From NCBI GenBank assembly GCA_965277805.1, contig OZ255842.1, positions 3,296,001-3,360,000 on the forward strand: a stretch of 64,000 nt of DNA, written 5' to 3'. Source of the stretch: Candidatus Lustribacter sp. (GTDB taxonomy: Bacteria; Vulcanimicrobiota; Vulcanimicrobiia; Vulcanimicrobiales; Vulcanimicrobiaceae). A program made the translations under genes and the position numbers. The notes below the pieces were generated by a model that saw only the letters and a program-made list of their open reading frames with translations, was not told the DNA's origin and did no database searches. Below are positions 8,487 to 18,913 of this stretch, one piece after another (the first letter of the stretch is position 1; every line of letters begins with the position of its first letter).

Positions 8487-9704
8487 TTAGTCGGTGGGGT
8501 CGCCGGTTAGGCGGTCGCTGTTGCGGAGGGCTGGGAACGCGAGTGCCCAGGTGAGGACGACGCCGAGTGTGGCGACGCCGCCGAGCGCGACGCCGAGGAC
8601 GGGGCCGAAGATTTGCGCGGCCGTGCCCGATTCGAACGAGCCGAGTTGGCCCGACGCGTTGATGAATAAGCTCTCGATCGAATTCACGCGCCCGCGCATT
8701 GCATCGGGCGTGTTGAGCGCCACGAGACCGCGCCGGATCACGACGCTGATCATGTCGCACGCGCCGGCAATCGCCAAGCACGCGATCGAAAGCCAGAGAT
8801 TGCGCGAATAGGCGAACGCGATGATCGCGCAACCGTAGGCCGCGACGGCGAAGAGCATCGTCTTGCCCACGCGCCGGTTGGGCGTGCGCCGCGAGAGCAC
8901 GATCGCCATCACCGATGCACCGATCCCGCTCGCGCTCCGCAGCATTCCGAATGCGACCGCGCCCGAGTGCAGTATCTGCACGGCGTAGACGGGCAAGAGC
9001 GCGGTCGCGCCGCCGAACAGCACGGCGAAGAGGTCGAGCGTGATCGCCCCCATGACGATCGGTTTCGAGCGGATAAAACGCACCCCGTCGAGCGCCGAGT
9101 CCTTCCGGATGCCGGTCGCGCGGATCGTATCGCGAACGTGCAGGATCGAAAAGCCGAACACCGCGGCCAGCGTCAGCGCCCCGGCGAGCACGAATGCCGC
9201 CACCGTCGAGGCTGCGACGATCGCGCCGCCGAGCGCCGGCATCGCGATAACGGCGACCTCGCGCGCCGACGCGTAGGTCGCCTGCACCCGCATGTAGTCT
9301 TCGGTCTCGACGATATTGACGAGGATCGTGCGCTCGGCCGGATTTCCGAATGCGCGTGCGATGCCCTGACAGAACAGCACCGAGAGCACGAGCGGCAAAT
9401 TGTCGACGTGCGCGAGCGCGAGCATTCCGAGCGCAAAGGTGAAGAACGCGGTCGCCGTTGCGGCGATCATCGCAATACGTTTGCGGTTGAAGCGATCGAC
9501 CGCGTGCCCGGCAACGAACACGAGGAACAACTGCGGCGCGAACATCACGAGGCCCACGAGGCCGAGATCGAACGGGCGGTGATGAATGCTGTACACGGTC
9601 CAGGCGACCGCTACGCCGAGGACTTGATTCGCACTTTCGCTCGAAAGAAACGCGAAGAAATATGCCGCAATGTTACGCCGGCTGCTCACCTTGTCGATGC
9701 GCAA
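8487..9704 (-). CDS. MFS transporter (DHA3/MefA-like, MFS_3)
   Basis: Hydrophobic 405 aa; GHAVDRFNRK, LDLFAVLFGGATALLP and TPDAMRGRV motifs. Confidence 0.9.
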   Translation of the reverse strand: MRIDKVSSRRNIAAYFFAFLSSESANQVLGVAVAWTVYSIHHRPFDLGLVGLVMFAPQLFLVFVAGHAVDRFNRKRIAMIAATATAFFTFALGMLALAHVDNLPLVLSVLFCQGIARAFGNPAERTILVNIVETEDYMRVQATYASAREVAVIAMPALGGAIVAASTVAAFVLAGALTLAAVFGFSILHVRDTIRATGIRKDSALDGVRFIRSKPIVMGAITLDLFAVLFGGATALLPVYAVQILHSGAVAFGMLRSASGIGASVMAIVLSRRTPNRRVGKTMLFAVAAYGCAIIAFAYSRNLWLSIACLAIAGACDMISVVIRRGLVALNTPDAMRGRVNSIESLFINASGQLGSFESGTAAQIFGPVLGVALGGVATLGVVLTWALAFPALRNSDRLTGDPTD

Positions 9705-9781
9705 AATTTACGGGCGAAACCATCCGGCACCTGGTAGGGGACGGCGTACGATGGCCGAACCTGCGCGGCGGAGGTCAACTC

Positions 9782-10735
9782 ATGACAATCCGGCGTTCTC
9801 ACTTTCTCTTGGGGGCCGCGGCCGGCGCTGCAGCCTTCTTCCCCGGTCGCCCGGCCCGCGCCGACGATACGCTGCGAATCGGCGCGCTGCTGCTCGACAA
9901 CACCGCCGAAGTGTTCTACGCGCGCGAGCTCGGCATGTTCAAAAAAGCCGGACTGACCGTTGACATCCAAACCTTTCCGAGCGGCGGCGCAGCCTCATCG
10001 GCGCTGGTCGGCGGCGCAGTCGACATCGCGATCGCCGATGCGCTCACGATGGCCGAGGCGCACACGCGCGCAGTCCCGATCACCTACGTCGCACCGGCCA
10101 CGATCTACACGCGCGCCTTCCCGGCCTACGAAATCATGGTCGCCGCCAACGGGCCGATCCACGCCGGGCACGACTTCAACGGGAAGACGCTGGCCACGAA
10201 CGCCCTCAAGAACATCTTACAGGTACCGACGATGGCCTGGATCGACAACAACGGCGGCGACAGCAAGAGCGTGAAGTTCATCGAGGTGCCGTTCCCGACG
10301 ATGGGCGCGGCGATTCTCGACGGCCGCATCGACGGTGCATCGATCTCCGAACCCTTTTTCACCAACGCCATGGCCACGGGCAACTTCCGCAAGATCTCGG
10401 CGGCTGAGAAAGGCCTTGCGCCGGAGTACATGTTCTCCGGCTGGGCGACGACGCTCGACTTCTCCGCAAAACAGCCGGACGTCATCAAGAAGTTCGTGGC
10501 GGTCATGCTCGAGAGCGCGCGCTGGGGAAATGCCAATCGCACACAGAGCGCGCAGATCCTGGTCAGCGTGAACAAGATGTCGCCCGAGGTCGCCAACAAG
10601 ATGGAGCGCTCGTACTACGGTGAGAAGCTTTCACCGGCGCTGCTGCAGCCGGTGATCGACGCCGGCGCGAAATACGGCGCCACCACCAAATCGTTCCCGG
10701 CGAGCGAAGTGATCAGCCCGCTGGCGTTACGCTGA
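9782..10735 (+). CDS. ABC substrate-binding protein, NMT1/SsuA/THI5 type
   Basis: ATG 9782 after GGAGG RBS; Tat-like leader MTIRRSHFLLG...ARA-D; GMFKKAGL and DFNGKTL motifs. Confidence 0.88.
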   Translation: MTIRRSHFLLGAAAGAAAFFPGRPARADDTLRIGALLLDNTAEVFYARELGMFKKAGLTVDIQTFPSGGAASSALVGGAVDIAIADALTMAEAHTRAVPITYVAPATIYTRAFPAYEIMVAANGPIHAGHDFNGKTLATNALKNILQVPTMAWIDNNGGDSKSVKFIEVPFPTMGAAILDGRIDGASISEPFFTNAMATGNFRKISAAEKGLAPEYMFSGWATTLDFSAKQPDVIKKFVAVMLESARWGNANRTQSAQILVSVNKMSPEVANKMERSYYGEKLSPALLQPVIDAGAKYGATTKSFPASEVISPLALR

Positions 10736-12052
10736 CACCATGCTGATGCCCTCGAGTTCGAGCCGTTTCGTCTCGCGCACGAACGTCCACACGAACCAGA
10801 TCGTCACGAGACAGATCGTCCCGTAGATCGCAAACGTCAGCGGCGAGCCGAAGACGTGGATCATCGTCAGAAAGACGAACGATACGGCGAAGTTCGCAAC
10901 CCAGTTCGCGAGCGTGGCGATCGACATCGCGCGGCCCCGTATCGGGAGCGGATAGATCTCGGAGATCAGCAGCCACAAGATCGGCCCGAGGCTGAACGCA
11001 AAGCAGCCGACGTAGACCATGAGCGCCACGAGCGTCACCGCGCCGAGCGACCCGCTCGCTCCGCGCGAGAAGGCGAAGGCGAGCGTGAACAAGGCGATCA
11101 TCATGCCGCCGATCCCGGCGTAAAGCAACGGCTTGCGGCCGATCCGGTCGATCAAGACGATCGCGACGATCGTCATCAGGCAGTTGACGAGATCGACGCC
11201 GAGCGTCGCCAAGATCGACACGGCGTTCGAAGAGAAGCCGGCGAGCTTGAAGATTTGCGGGCCGTAGTAGATGACGGTATTGATTCCGGTGATCTGCTGC
11301 AATATCGCGAGGCCGATGCCGATCCCCAGCGCCCCGCGCACGTGCGGCGAGAGCAGATCGCGCCATTCGCCCTGGTGCGCGCCGAGCGAGCTCTTGATAT
11401 CGGCGATCGCATGCTCGACCTCGCCGGCATCGCGGGTGCGCACCAGGACGTCGCGCGCCAGCGCCTCCTGACCGTGCGCGTAGAGCCAGCGCGGGCTTTC
11501 GGGCATCACGATCATCCCGGCGAGGAGCAAGACCGACGGGATCAGGGCGATGCCGAGCATGGCGGGCCAATTCGCCGACGCCGCAAACGCGTAATCGACG
11601 AGCGCAGCGCTTAGGATGCCGATCGTGATCGCAGACTGATAGAGCGAGACGAGCGCGCCCCGCGTCGCGCGCGGCGCCGCTTCCGAGATGTAGAGCGGCG
11701 CCGCGACGGAACTGATCCCGATGCCGGTCCCGACGATCAGCCGGCCCGCGATCAGCACCGCAATCGACGGCGCGAACGCCGACAGCACGGCACCGACGGC
11801 AAAGACGACGCCCGCGGCGATCAGCGTCCAGCGCCGGCCGAGCCGATCGGCCATTCCGCCGGCCAAAAACGCGCCCACGACCGCGCCGATCAGGACCACG
11901 CTGACGACGGTCTCTTGCATCTGCGTATCGAGCGCGAAGGTCTGCTGGATGAACAGGATCGCGCCGGCGATGACCCCGGTATCGTAGCCGAAGAGCAACC
12001 CTCCCAGCGCCGCGACCGACGAGATCAGGAGCACGTAGCGCGAGGTTGCCAT
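10727..12052 (-). CDS. Sugar porter family MFS transporter (GalP/XylE/IolT-like)
   Basis: GGLLFGYDTGVI, DRLGRR, PESPRWL, QQITGINTVIYY and ETK motifs; start at MATSRY. Confidence 0.93.
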   Translation of the reverse strand: MATSRYVLLISSVAALGGLLFGYDTGVIAGAILFIQQTFALDTQMQETVVSVVLIGAVVGAFLAGGMADRLGRRWTLIAAGVVFAVGAVLSAFAPSIAVLIAGRLIVGTGIGISSVAAPLYISEAAPRATRGALVSLYQSAITIGILSAALVDYAFAASANWPAMLGIALIPSVLLLAGMIVMPESPRWLYAHGQEALARDVLVRTRDAGEVEHAIADIKSSLGAHQGEWRDLLSPHVRGALGIGIGLAILQQITGINTVIYYGPQIFKLAGFSSNAVSILATLGVDLVNCLMTIVAIVLIDRIGRKPLLYAGIGGMMIALFTLAFAFSRGASGSLGAVTLVALMVYVGCFAFSLGPILWLLISEIYPLPIRGRAMSIATLANWVANFAVSFVFLTMIHVFGSPLTFAIYGTICLVTIWFVWTFVRETKRLELEGISMVSA

Positions 12053-12103
12053 GGCCGCGCCCTTCAAGCAGGGAAGCGGCGGGACCCACCGTAGCGCATT
12101 TTC

Positions 12104-13270
12104 ATGCAACGCTTTTTCCGCATCGCTGCCGCGGGCGCGGCCCTCGTCTTGGCCGGTACACCCCTCGGCGCGGGCGCGGCCGACCCGTTCGAGGTCGACG
12201 TGCTGTTGCCGGTGACCGGCAGCGCATCGTTCTACGCGGTCGCGCAGCAGCAGTCACTGCACATTATCGAAACGAACGTCAACAAAGCGGGCGGCATCGG
12301 TGGCCGCCCGCTGAAGTTCGTGATCAACGACGATCAGACCGACGCGAAAGTCGACGTCCAACTCGCGAACCAAATCCTCGCCAAGCACCCCGCAGTGCTG
12401 CTCGGGCCGACGCTAACGGCGCAGTGCAACGCGTTGATGCCGCTCGTCAAGGACGGCCCGGCAACGTGGTGCTTTACGCCCGGCCCCCGTCCGGTCGACG
12501 GCGGCTACGTCTTTGCGTTCGGCGCCGACACATCGCACACGACCGCCGTCTCGATGCGCTATCTGAAAGCCAAAGGCATCACGCGCATCGGCATGATCTC
12601 ATCGACCGATGCCACCGGGCAGGACGGCGACAAGAACATCGACGCCGCCGCGGCCGCGGACGGGGTCACCGTGCTCGATCACGAGCACTTCAACCCGACC
12701 GACATCAGCGTGACCGCGCAGCTCGCGCGCATCAAAGGCATGAGTCCGCAAGCGGTCGTGGTGTGGACGACCGGCACGCCGTTCGGCACGGTTCTGCGCG
12801 GCATTCAAGACGTCGGCATCGACGTGCCGATCCTGTCGACCAACGGCAACATCACCTACGGTCAGATGAAACAGTACAAGGGATTCTTGCCGAAAGACCT
12901 GTGGTTTCCGGGCGCCGCCTTCCTCGATGCCTCGCAGCTTGCCGATAAGGGCGTGATCGCCGCCGTTAAGACATTCAACGACGGCATCGTCGCGCAAGGC
13001 GGCAGCAAGCCGGATTGGGGCAACAACAACTGCTACGACGGCGCGCGGCTGTTCGTCGAAGCGCTGCGGAAGTTCGGCTCGAACACCACCAGCGCCCAAG
13101 TACGCGACTACGTCGCCTCGCAGACGAACTGGCCCGGGATCAACGGCCGCTACAACTTCGTCAAAGAGCCGCAGCGCGGCTTAGGCGACGACTCGGTCGT
13201 GATGGTGCGCTGGAACACCGCAACCGAATCGTGGACCGCACTCAGCAAACCGGGAGGGCTACCGCTCTAG
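12104..13270 (+). CDS. ABC substrate-binding protein, LivJ/branched-chain amino acid type
   Basis: Signal peptide; LLPVTG, NKAGGIGGRPL...DDQ and YDGARL motifs. Confidence 0.88.
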   Translation: MQRFFRIAAAGAALVLAGTPLGAGAADPFEVDVLLPVTGSASFYAVAQQQSLHIIETNVNKAGGIGGRPLKFVINDDQTDAKVDVQLANQILAKHPAVLLGPTLTAQCNALMPLVKDGPATWCFTPGPRPVDGGYVFAFGADTSHTTAVSMRYLKAKGITRIGMISSTDATGQDGDKNIDAAAAADGVTVLDHEHFNPTDISVTAQLARIKGMSPQAVVVWTTGTPFGTVLRGIQDVGIDVPILSTNGNITYGQMKQYKGFLPKDLWFPGAAFLDASQLADKGVIAAVKTFNDGIVAQGGSKPDWGNNNCYDGARLFVEALRKFGSNTTSAQVRDYVASQTNWPGINGRYNFVKEPQRGLGDDSVVMVRWNTATESWTALSKPGGLPL

Positions 13271-13271
13271 T

Positions 13272-13574
13272 TTATTGCGGCGGGCCGCAGTTGTAGTCGA
13301 GCGTCGTGCTGCACACGCGCAGGTTTACGTGCGCGGCCGGGCTTACTTTGACGTTGAACTGTTGCGGCGGAACGTCGTCGGAGCTGACCGAGACGACGGC
13401 CGCGCCGGCCTTCCCAACGGTGAGACGAAAACTCCCGTCGGCGCGCGAGACCGTGTGCGCGCTGCCGATCGCGACCGCCACGCCGGGCAGCGGCTGACCG
13501 GTCGTCCGGTCGGCAATCGACCCGGTCACGATGACGAGCGCAATGGCGAAGATCCCGCTCCAGCGATTCTGCAT
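13272..13574 (-). CDS. Small exported protein with carboxypeptidase-regulatory-like (prealbumin-type beta-sandwich) domain
   Basis: MQNRWSGIFAIALVIVTGSIADRTTGQPLPGVAV...SRADGSFRL pattern; C-terminal CSTTLDYNC. Confidence 0.65.
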   Translation of the reverse strand: MQNRWSGIFAIALVIVTGSIADRTTGQPLPGVAVAIGSAHTVSRADGSFRLTVGKAGAAVVSVSSDDVPPQQFNVKVSPAAHVNLRVCSTTLDYNCGPPQ

Positions 13575-13597
13575 GCGTGAGAACGTGCCGCGCCCGA

Positions 13598-14032
13598 TCA
13601 CGACACTCCTCGGCGATACCGTTCGATGGCATCGAAGAGCCCTTGCGGATCGTCGGTTCCGAGCGTCACGCGCCGGCCATTGCGATAGAACAATTCCACC
13701 GCGCGAAAGCCCGATACGTTCCACAGCCACCCGTGCCACAGCGTCCAATGGATGCCCCAGCCCTCGAAAAGGTTGGTGCGCGTGATCTCGGCATGATCGA
13801 GGTCGGCGAAGCTAACGTGGCCGCCGGGAACGCCGAACGTGAACGACCACAGCACGCCGTTCCGGTCGACCTGCGTCGTCAGCCGGGCGAAACCGAAGAC
13901 GCAAATCGCCACGAACACCAGCAGCGCATACATCGCTTCGGGCAAGCCGTGGTTGGTGAAAACAACGGCGACGATGACGAGCAGCATAACGATACTCCAA
14001 GGGGCCCACTGCCGATGTTCGTATGCCTGCAT
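13598..14032 (-). CDS. Hypothetical membrane protein (two N-terminal TM helices)
   Basis: Non-shadow composition; GWGIH...WLWNVSG...VEL...LGTDDP pattern; GGAAG RBS-like sequence upstream. Confidence 0.7.
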   Translation of the reverse strand: MQAYEHRQWAPWSIVMLLVIVAVVFTNHGLPEAMYALLVFVAICVFGFARLTTQVDRNGVLWSFTFGVPGGHVSFADLDHAEITRTNLFEGWGIHWTLWHGWLWNVSGFRAVELFYRNGRRVTLGTDDPQGLFDAIERYRRGVS

Positions 14033-14138
14033 CTACCGCTTCCTTACCCCCGTATACGAGCCGAGTTTGGAGTACCAGGAGCGCACAAGCTTTTCCCGCG
14101 ACGGAGATCATCCGCTCCAACGCGGCGAAACCGCGAAC

Positions 14139-15110
14139 ATGGAACAACGCAAACTCGGCACGCAAGGACTAACGGTTTCCGCCCTCGGGCTCGGCTGCAT
14201 GGGAATGACCTACGCATACGGCGCCGCGGACGAAGCCGAATCGATTCGCACCGTGCACCGCGCGATCGAACTCGGCGTAACCTTCTTCGACACCGCCGAA
14301 ATCTACGGTCCGTTCACCAACGAAGAACTCCTCGGGCGCGCAATTGCCGGCAAACGTGCGGGCCTCGTCATCGCAACGAAGTTCGGGTTCAAGTTCGACG
14401 GCCCGGTGCGTTCGCTCGACGGTTCGCCCGCTAACGTGAAGCGCGTGGCCGATGCGTCGCTCAAACGGCTCAACATCGACGTCATCGATCTCTACTACCA
14501 GCACCGCCGCGACCCGAACGTGCCGATCGAAGAAACGGTCGGCGCGATGAAAGAGCTGGTCGAGGCCGGCAAGATCCGCTACCTCGGTTTATCCGAAGTG
14601 GGACCGGAAACGCTGCGCCGCGCAAACGCCGTTCATCCGATCAGCGCGTTGCAAAGCGAATATTCGCTTTGGGAACGCGGCATCGAAGCGGCGATCCTCC
14701 CGACGATCCGGGAACTCGGCATCGGCCTCGTTCCGTACAGCCCGCTGGGTCGCGGCTACCTCACCGGTGCGCTGAAGGTCGCCGACTTGCAAGCCGATGA
14801 CTGGCGCCGCACGAACCCGCGTTTCAGCCCGGAACACGAAGCCCAGAACCTCCGATTGGTCGAGGTCGTGAAGCGGGTGGCCGGCCGCCGCAAAGCGACG
14901 CCCGCGCAAATCGCGCTGGCCTGGGTGCTCGCGCAAGGGAGCGACGTCGCGCCGATCCCGGGCACGAAACGCGTCCGCTACTTGGAAGACAACGTCGGGG
15001 CCGTGAACGTGCATCTCGAACCCGAAGACATGCGCGAACTCGACGCCCTCAAATCCGGCGTCGCGGGCGAGCGCTACGAATCATCGATGATGGCGCAGCT
15101 CGAACGCTAA
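14139..15110 (+). CDS. Aldo/keto reductase
   Basis: [50 protein letters not shown] and PIPGT motifs. Confidence 0.95.
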   Translation: MEQRKLGTQGLTVSALGLGCMGMTYAYGAADEAESIRTVHRAIELGVTFFDTAEIYGPFTNEELLGRAIAGKRAGLVIATKFGFKFDGPVRSLDGSPANVKRVADASLKRLNIDVIDLYYQHRRDPNVPIEETVGAMKELVEAGKIRYLGLSEVGPETLRRANAVHPISALQSEYSLWERGIEAAILPTIRELGIGLVPYSPLGRGYLTGALKVADLQADDWRRTNPRFSPEHEAQNLRLVEVVKRVAGRRKATPAQIALAWVLAQGSDVAPIPGTKRVRYLEDNVGAVNVHLEPEDMRELDALKSGVAGERYESSMMAQLER

Positions 15111-16076
15111 GACTCGACGCGTATCTCGGGCGCGAAGAGGTCGGCGGCGCGTAGCGGCTTTTTCAGCGCCCCATAATGGAGCAGCACGTCGAGGACGGGC
15201 TGCGCGTCCGCCGGCCGCACGCGTTCGCTATACGTCGCGCGCGTGTTGGACGGCGGAATCGGCACGCCGATGTATTTTTCGAGGATCTTCGCGCTCTGCG
15301 CGTGATTCTTGTTGGCCCAGGCGCCGGCTTTGAGAATCACGTCGCAGAAGCGCTGCACGATATCCGGATGCGCTTTGGCAAACGCCGCCGACGTAAAGAA
15401 CGCGCTGATGAGAAACTTGTCGCCGATCGCGTCATAGCACGGCGCCAAGAGCCGTGCATCGGGTCCGTGGATCGCGATGTCCAGGGCCGGTTCGCTCACT
15501 TCGGCCGCGTCGACGCGTCCCGCTTGCATCGCGGCGAGCGCCGCGCTTTCGGGCATCTCGAACCACTTGATCGTCTTCGAGTCGCCGCCGTTCCGGTCGA
15601 TCCACGTTTTCGCGCCGTAGTACCCCATGTTCGAGATGTCGAGCGTCGTCAGCGTTTTGCCGTTGAGATCCGACGCTTTCTTGTAGGGCGAGTCTTTGAG
15701 CACGAAGATCCCGGCGGTCGGCGCGGCGCTCGAATAGATGGCCGATGGGGCGATAATCACGAGCGGCAAGCCTTTTTCGTGCGCGAGCGCAAGACCGGGG
15801 ATCGTCATGCCGCCGATGACGACGTCACCGGCGAGCACAGCCCCGGCGATCGTTGCGGTTGCGTTGAGCGCTTCGGGATGAAGCGTCCAGCCCCGCATCG
15901 GCGTACATGCCGAGATCTTGCGCGTAGTAGATTTCCGCGCCCGAATCGTTGCGCGCGCCGACGATTCGCAGCGGGATAGTCGGAGCTTGCGCTCGGGCGC
16001 GCGCGGGGAAAAACGCGCAGCCGGCCGCGGCCGCCGCGGCCGAACCTCCGAGGCGCAACGCCGTCGAACGATTCAT
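15107..16076 (-). pseudogene. Frameshifted NMT1/SsuA-type ABC substrate-binding protein (pseudogene or sequencing error)
   Basis: The N-terminus with Tat-like leader (ORF 15825-16076) and the rest (ORF 15107-15898) are in different frames. Removing one T in GACGCTTCATCCC (about 15881) gives AGLDAHPEALNATATIAGAVLAG, in register with paralog AGLDVTLQKATNGSAVAAALAGG. Confidence 0.8.
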
Positions 16077-16113
16077 GCCGCGACGCTTCCGCGCGCGAAG
16101 ACGGTGGCCTGCG

Positions 16114-16611
16114 TTAGACGAAGCTGGGCCGTTTGCCGGATTTGTTACCGCAGAACGTCATGTGCACGCTATGCGGAACGTACCACGCGTGGATATCGTA
16201 ATGCGGCATCGACATGCCGGGGTGGCCGTTGGGTTCGTACCAGATGTCGATGTGGTTGATCGTGTACCCCGGGAGCGCTTTGATGCCGTCGAGATCGATG
16301 CCCTTGGCGAACTGCGCCTTCGAGATCATCACTTCGGTGAAGACCGGCTTGCCGTTGTACCAGCCGTAAATCGGACCGAGCGGCCAATCTTTCGCCTTCG
16401 AATAGTGGTAGCCCATCGACGGGATGCAGCCCGCCACGGGAACGACGTCCTTCGGGAGGCCGGCCGGGTGCTTGGGCCCCGGCTGCATCATCATTTTCAT
16501 GATGGTCGGCGTCATGCCCGGCGGTAACTTCATCGGCATGTTCTGCGCGAACGCCGGCGCCGCCAACGCAGCGAGTGCAACAGCCGATAGGAGCATTCGT
16601 CTAAGAAGCAT
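16114..16611 (-). CDS. Secreted Met/His-rich protein (TTHB210/DUF5602-like, putative metal-binding)
   Basis: Signal peptide ending AFA-Q; Met-rich segment; MGYHY and HIDIWYEPNGHPG..PHYDIH motifs. Family call from motif recall only. Confidence 0.7.
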   Translation of the reverse strand: MLLRRMLLSAVALAALAAPAFAQNMPMKLPPGMTPTIMKMMMQPGPKHPAGLPKDVVPVAGCIPSMGYHYSKAKDWPLGPIYGWYNGKPVFTEVMISKAQFAKGIDLDGIKALPGYTINHIDIWYEPNGHPGMSMPHYDIHAWYVPHSVHMTFCGNKSGKRPSFV

Positions 16612-16698
16612 GTCGGGTGTTCCTCAATCGGGTTATAGAGTAAGGGTGGCGATCTTCGACGCCGAGGCACTCGTTCCGGCACGCTCGAAGGGCCGCCG

Positions 16699-17091
16699 GT
16701 GACTTCACGCCCGATCGAGATTGCCGTCGCGCTCGTCAGCCGCGCCGACGGGCGCACGCTGCTGGTGCGCAAACGCGGCACCTCGACGTTCATTCAGCCC
16801 GGCGGCAAGATCGAACCGCGCGAAGAACCCGCGGCCGCCGTGTGCCGCGAGGTGCGCGAGGAACTCGGCCTGCATATCGCTCCGGCCGATCTCACCTATC
16901 TCGGCCGGTTTGAAGACGTTGCCGTGAACGAGCCCGGCACCGTCGTGGCCGAGGCGTTCTCCATCGTCGTCGATGCGCACGTCACGGCCGCCGCAGAAAT
17001 CGAGGAGCTCGCATGGATCGACCCGGCATCTCCCGGCAATCTGACGATCGCACCGCTCACCCGCGATCAGCTCTTGCCGCTGCTCGTCTGA
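16699..17091 (+). CDS. NUDIX hydrolase
   Basis: Nudix box GGKIEPREEPAAAVCREVREELG. Confidence 0.92.
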   Translation: MTSRPIEIAVALVSRADGRTLLVRKRGTSTFIQPGGKIEPREEPAAAVCREVREELGLHIAPADLTYLGRFEDVAVNEPGTVVAEAFSIVVDAHVTAAAEIEELAWIDPASPGNLTIAPLTRDQLLPLLV

Positions 17092-18044
17092 TGATCGATC
17101 GCCGCACCGCGCTCGCGGGACTCGGTGCGCTCGCGCTCGCGCCCGCGCAGGTCGCCGCGCAGACCGCACCGGTAGCCATTCACGCCGGACATCCGCCGAC
17201 CGAAACGGCGGCGCCGGCCCTCTACGCGATTCGCTCGGGCCTCTTCGAGCGGGCCGGTATCGCGCTGACGATCGACAAGATGTCGAGCGGCGCGGCGGTT
17301 GCCGCCGCAGTGGCCGGCGGCGGACTCGACCTCGGCGGCACGAGCATCCTCGCGATCATCATCGGTCACACGCACGGCATTCCGTTCACGCTGATCTCGG
17401 CCGCCAACGTGATGATGTATCCCGAAGCCGACGGCGGATTGCTCGTGCAAGCGAACTCGCCGCTCGCGGGCCCGAAAGACTTCATCGGCAAGACGATCTC
17501 CGCCGCCGCACTGAACGATATCGTCAGCCTCGAGATCTGGACGTGGATGGATCGCGGCGGCGTCGACCCGCACGCGGTAAAGATCGTCGAGATCCCGCAA
17601 CCGGCGGCCCTGGCCGCGCTCGACGCGGGCCGCGTCGACGGCATCGTGCTGACCGGCAGCGCGTACGCCGAAGCGATCGCGAATCCCAAGGTCCGGCTGC
17701 TCTCGCGCGTGGCATCCAATCTCGCGCCGCGCTTCGCGAACACGTGCTGGTTTTCGACCCGCGATTGGGTGACGAAGAACCACGCCGTCGCCGCGCGTTT
17801 CGCGCGCGTCATGAGCGATGCGTCGGCGTACGTGAACGCGCACCCCGACGACACGCTCAAGGACGTGCTCGACTACACCGGCATGGACCGCGCGGCCGCG
17901 CTCAAGATGAAACGCGCCGTCTTCGCGACGGCGCTCAGCCCGGTCGACGTTCAGCCGGTCATCGCGGCCGCGGCGAAATTCAAGATGATCGACAAAGAGT
18001 ATCCGGCCGCCGAGCTCTTCAGCGACGTCGTGCCGCGAGCTTAA
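17091..18044 (+). CDS. ABC substrate-binding protein, NMT1/SsuA/THI5 type
   Basis: TGATG coupling to NUDIX; Tat-like leader MIDRRTALAGL...AA-Q; GLFERAG and DFIGKTI motifs. Confidence 0.88.
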   Translation: MIDRRTALAGLGALALAPAQVAAQTAPVAIHAGHPPTETAAPALYAIRSGLFERAGIALTIDKMSSGAAVAAAVAGGGLDLGGTSILAIIIGHTHGIPFTLISAANVMMYPEADGGLLVQANSPLAGPKDFIGKTISAAALNDIVSLEIWTWMDRGGVDPHAVKIVEIPQPAALAALDAGRVDGIVLTGSAYAEAIANPKVRLLSRVASNLAPRFANTCWFSTRDWVTKNHAVAARFARVMSDASAYVNAHPDDTLKDVLDYTGMDRAAALKMKRAVFATALSPVDVQPVIAAAAKFKMIDKEYPAAELFSDVVPRA

Positions 18045-18913
18045 ACGAAGCGGTAGAGCGCGTTCGGATTGTCGACCAGCATCTTCTGCTGGTTTGCCGC
18101 TTCGGGGACCCAGAGCGGGATCAAATCGACGAGATCGCCGTCGTCGGGCATGATGCCGTGATAGTGGATCGGATGCGGCCAGTTGCTGCCCCAGATGATG
18201 CGGTCGGGCCGCGCGGCGACGACGGTATGGATCAGCGGCAGCAGGTCGCGATGCGGATACGGCTCTTGAGAAAGCCGGTACAAGCTCGCGAGCTTCACGT
18301 AGCAGCGATCGGTATCGAGCAATTGCAGCAGCGCGCGGAATTCGGCCGAATGCGTGCCCTCGGCGACCGGCACGCGCGCCAAGTGATCGAGGATGAAGAC
18401 GTTTTGCACTCGCTCGAGCACCGGCACGACGTCGATGAGTTCACGCGACTCACGGAAGTGCAGCAAGATGTGCCAGCCGAAATCCCGCACCTCGGCGGCG
18501 AGCTGATCCAGCCGCTCGAACGTGATCCCGGCGCCGGACATCGTCGATAGCCGAACGCCGCGAATGCCGCCCGCATCGAGCATCGCGAGCTGATCTTCGC
18601 GCAAGCCCGGCGCGATGACCGCCACGCCGCGGTAGTTGTCGGGATTGCGCGCGATCGCATCGAGGATCGCGCGGTTGTCCGTTCCATGCGCGCCGCCTTG
18701 CACGAGCGCGGCGCGCGTGAACCCGATCGTCGCGAGCATCGCGGCGTAGTCGTCAGCGGTGCAGTCCTCAGGCGTATACGTGCGGGCTTCCGCATACGGG
18801 AAGCGATCGGGGGGGCCGAAGATATGCGCGTGCGTATCGGTCGCGCCCGGCGGCGCCTTGTATGACGGCTTCTTCGTCGCGCGAACGGGGCCGGGGCAAA
18901 CCGGGATCGTCAT
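18041..18913 (-). CDS. Amidohydrolase_2 family, 2-pyrone-4,6-dicarboxylate lactonase (LigI)-like
   Basis: DTHAHIFGP, HGTDN, ILDHLAR, YVKLAS and WGSNWPHP motifs. Confidence 0.88.
   Translation of the reverse strand: MTIPVCPGPVRATKKPSYKAPPGATDTHAHIFGPPDRFPYAEARTYTPEDCTADDYAAMLATIGFTRAALVQGGAHGTDNRAILDAIARNPDNYRGVAVIAPGLREDQLAMLDAGGIRGVRLSTMSGAGITFERLDQLAAEVRDFGWHILLHFRESRELIDVVPVLERVQNVFILDHLARVPVAEGTHSAEFRALLQLLDTDRCYVKLASLYRLSQEPYPHRDLLPLIHTVVAARPDRIIWGSNWPHPIHYHGIMPDDGDLVDLIPLWVPEAANQQKMLVDNPNALYRFV

Noticed and set aside
8232-8490. Short ORFs 8232-8459 and 8308-8490
   Set aside because: They lie across the inverted-repeat element and have no coding features.
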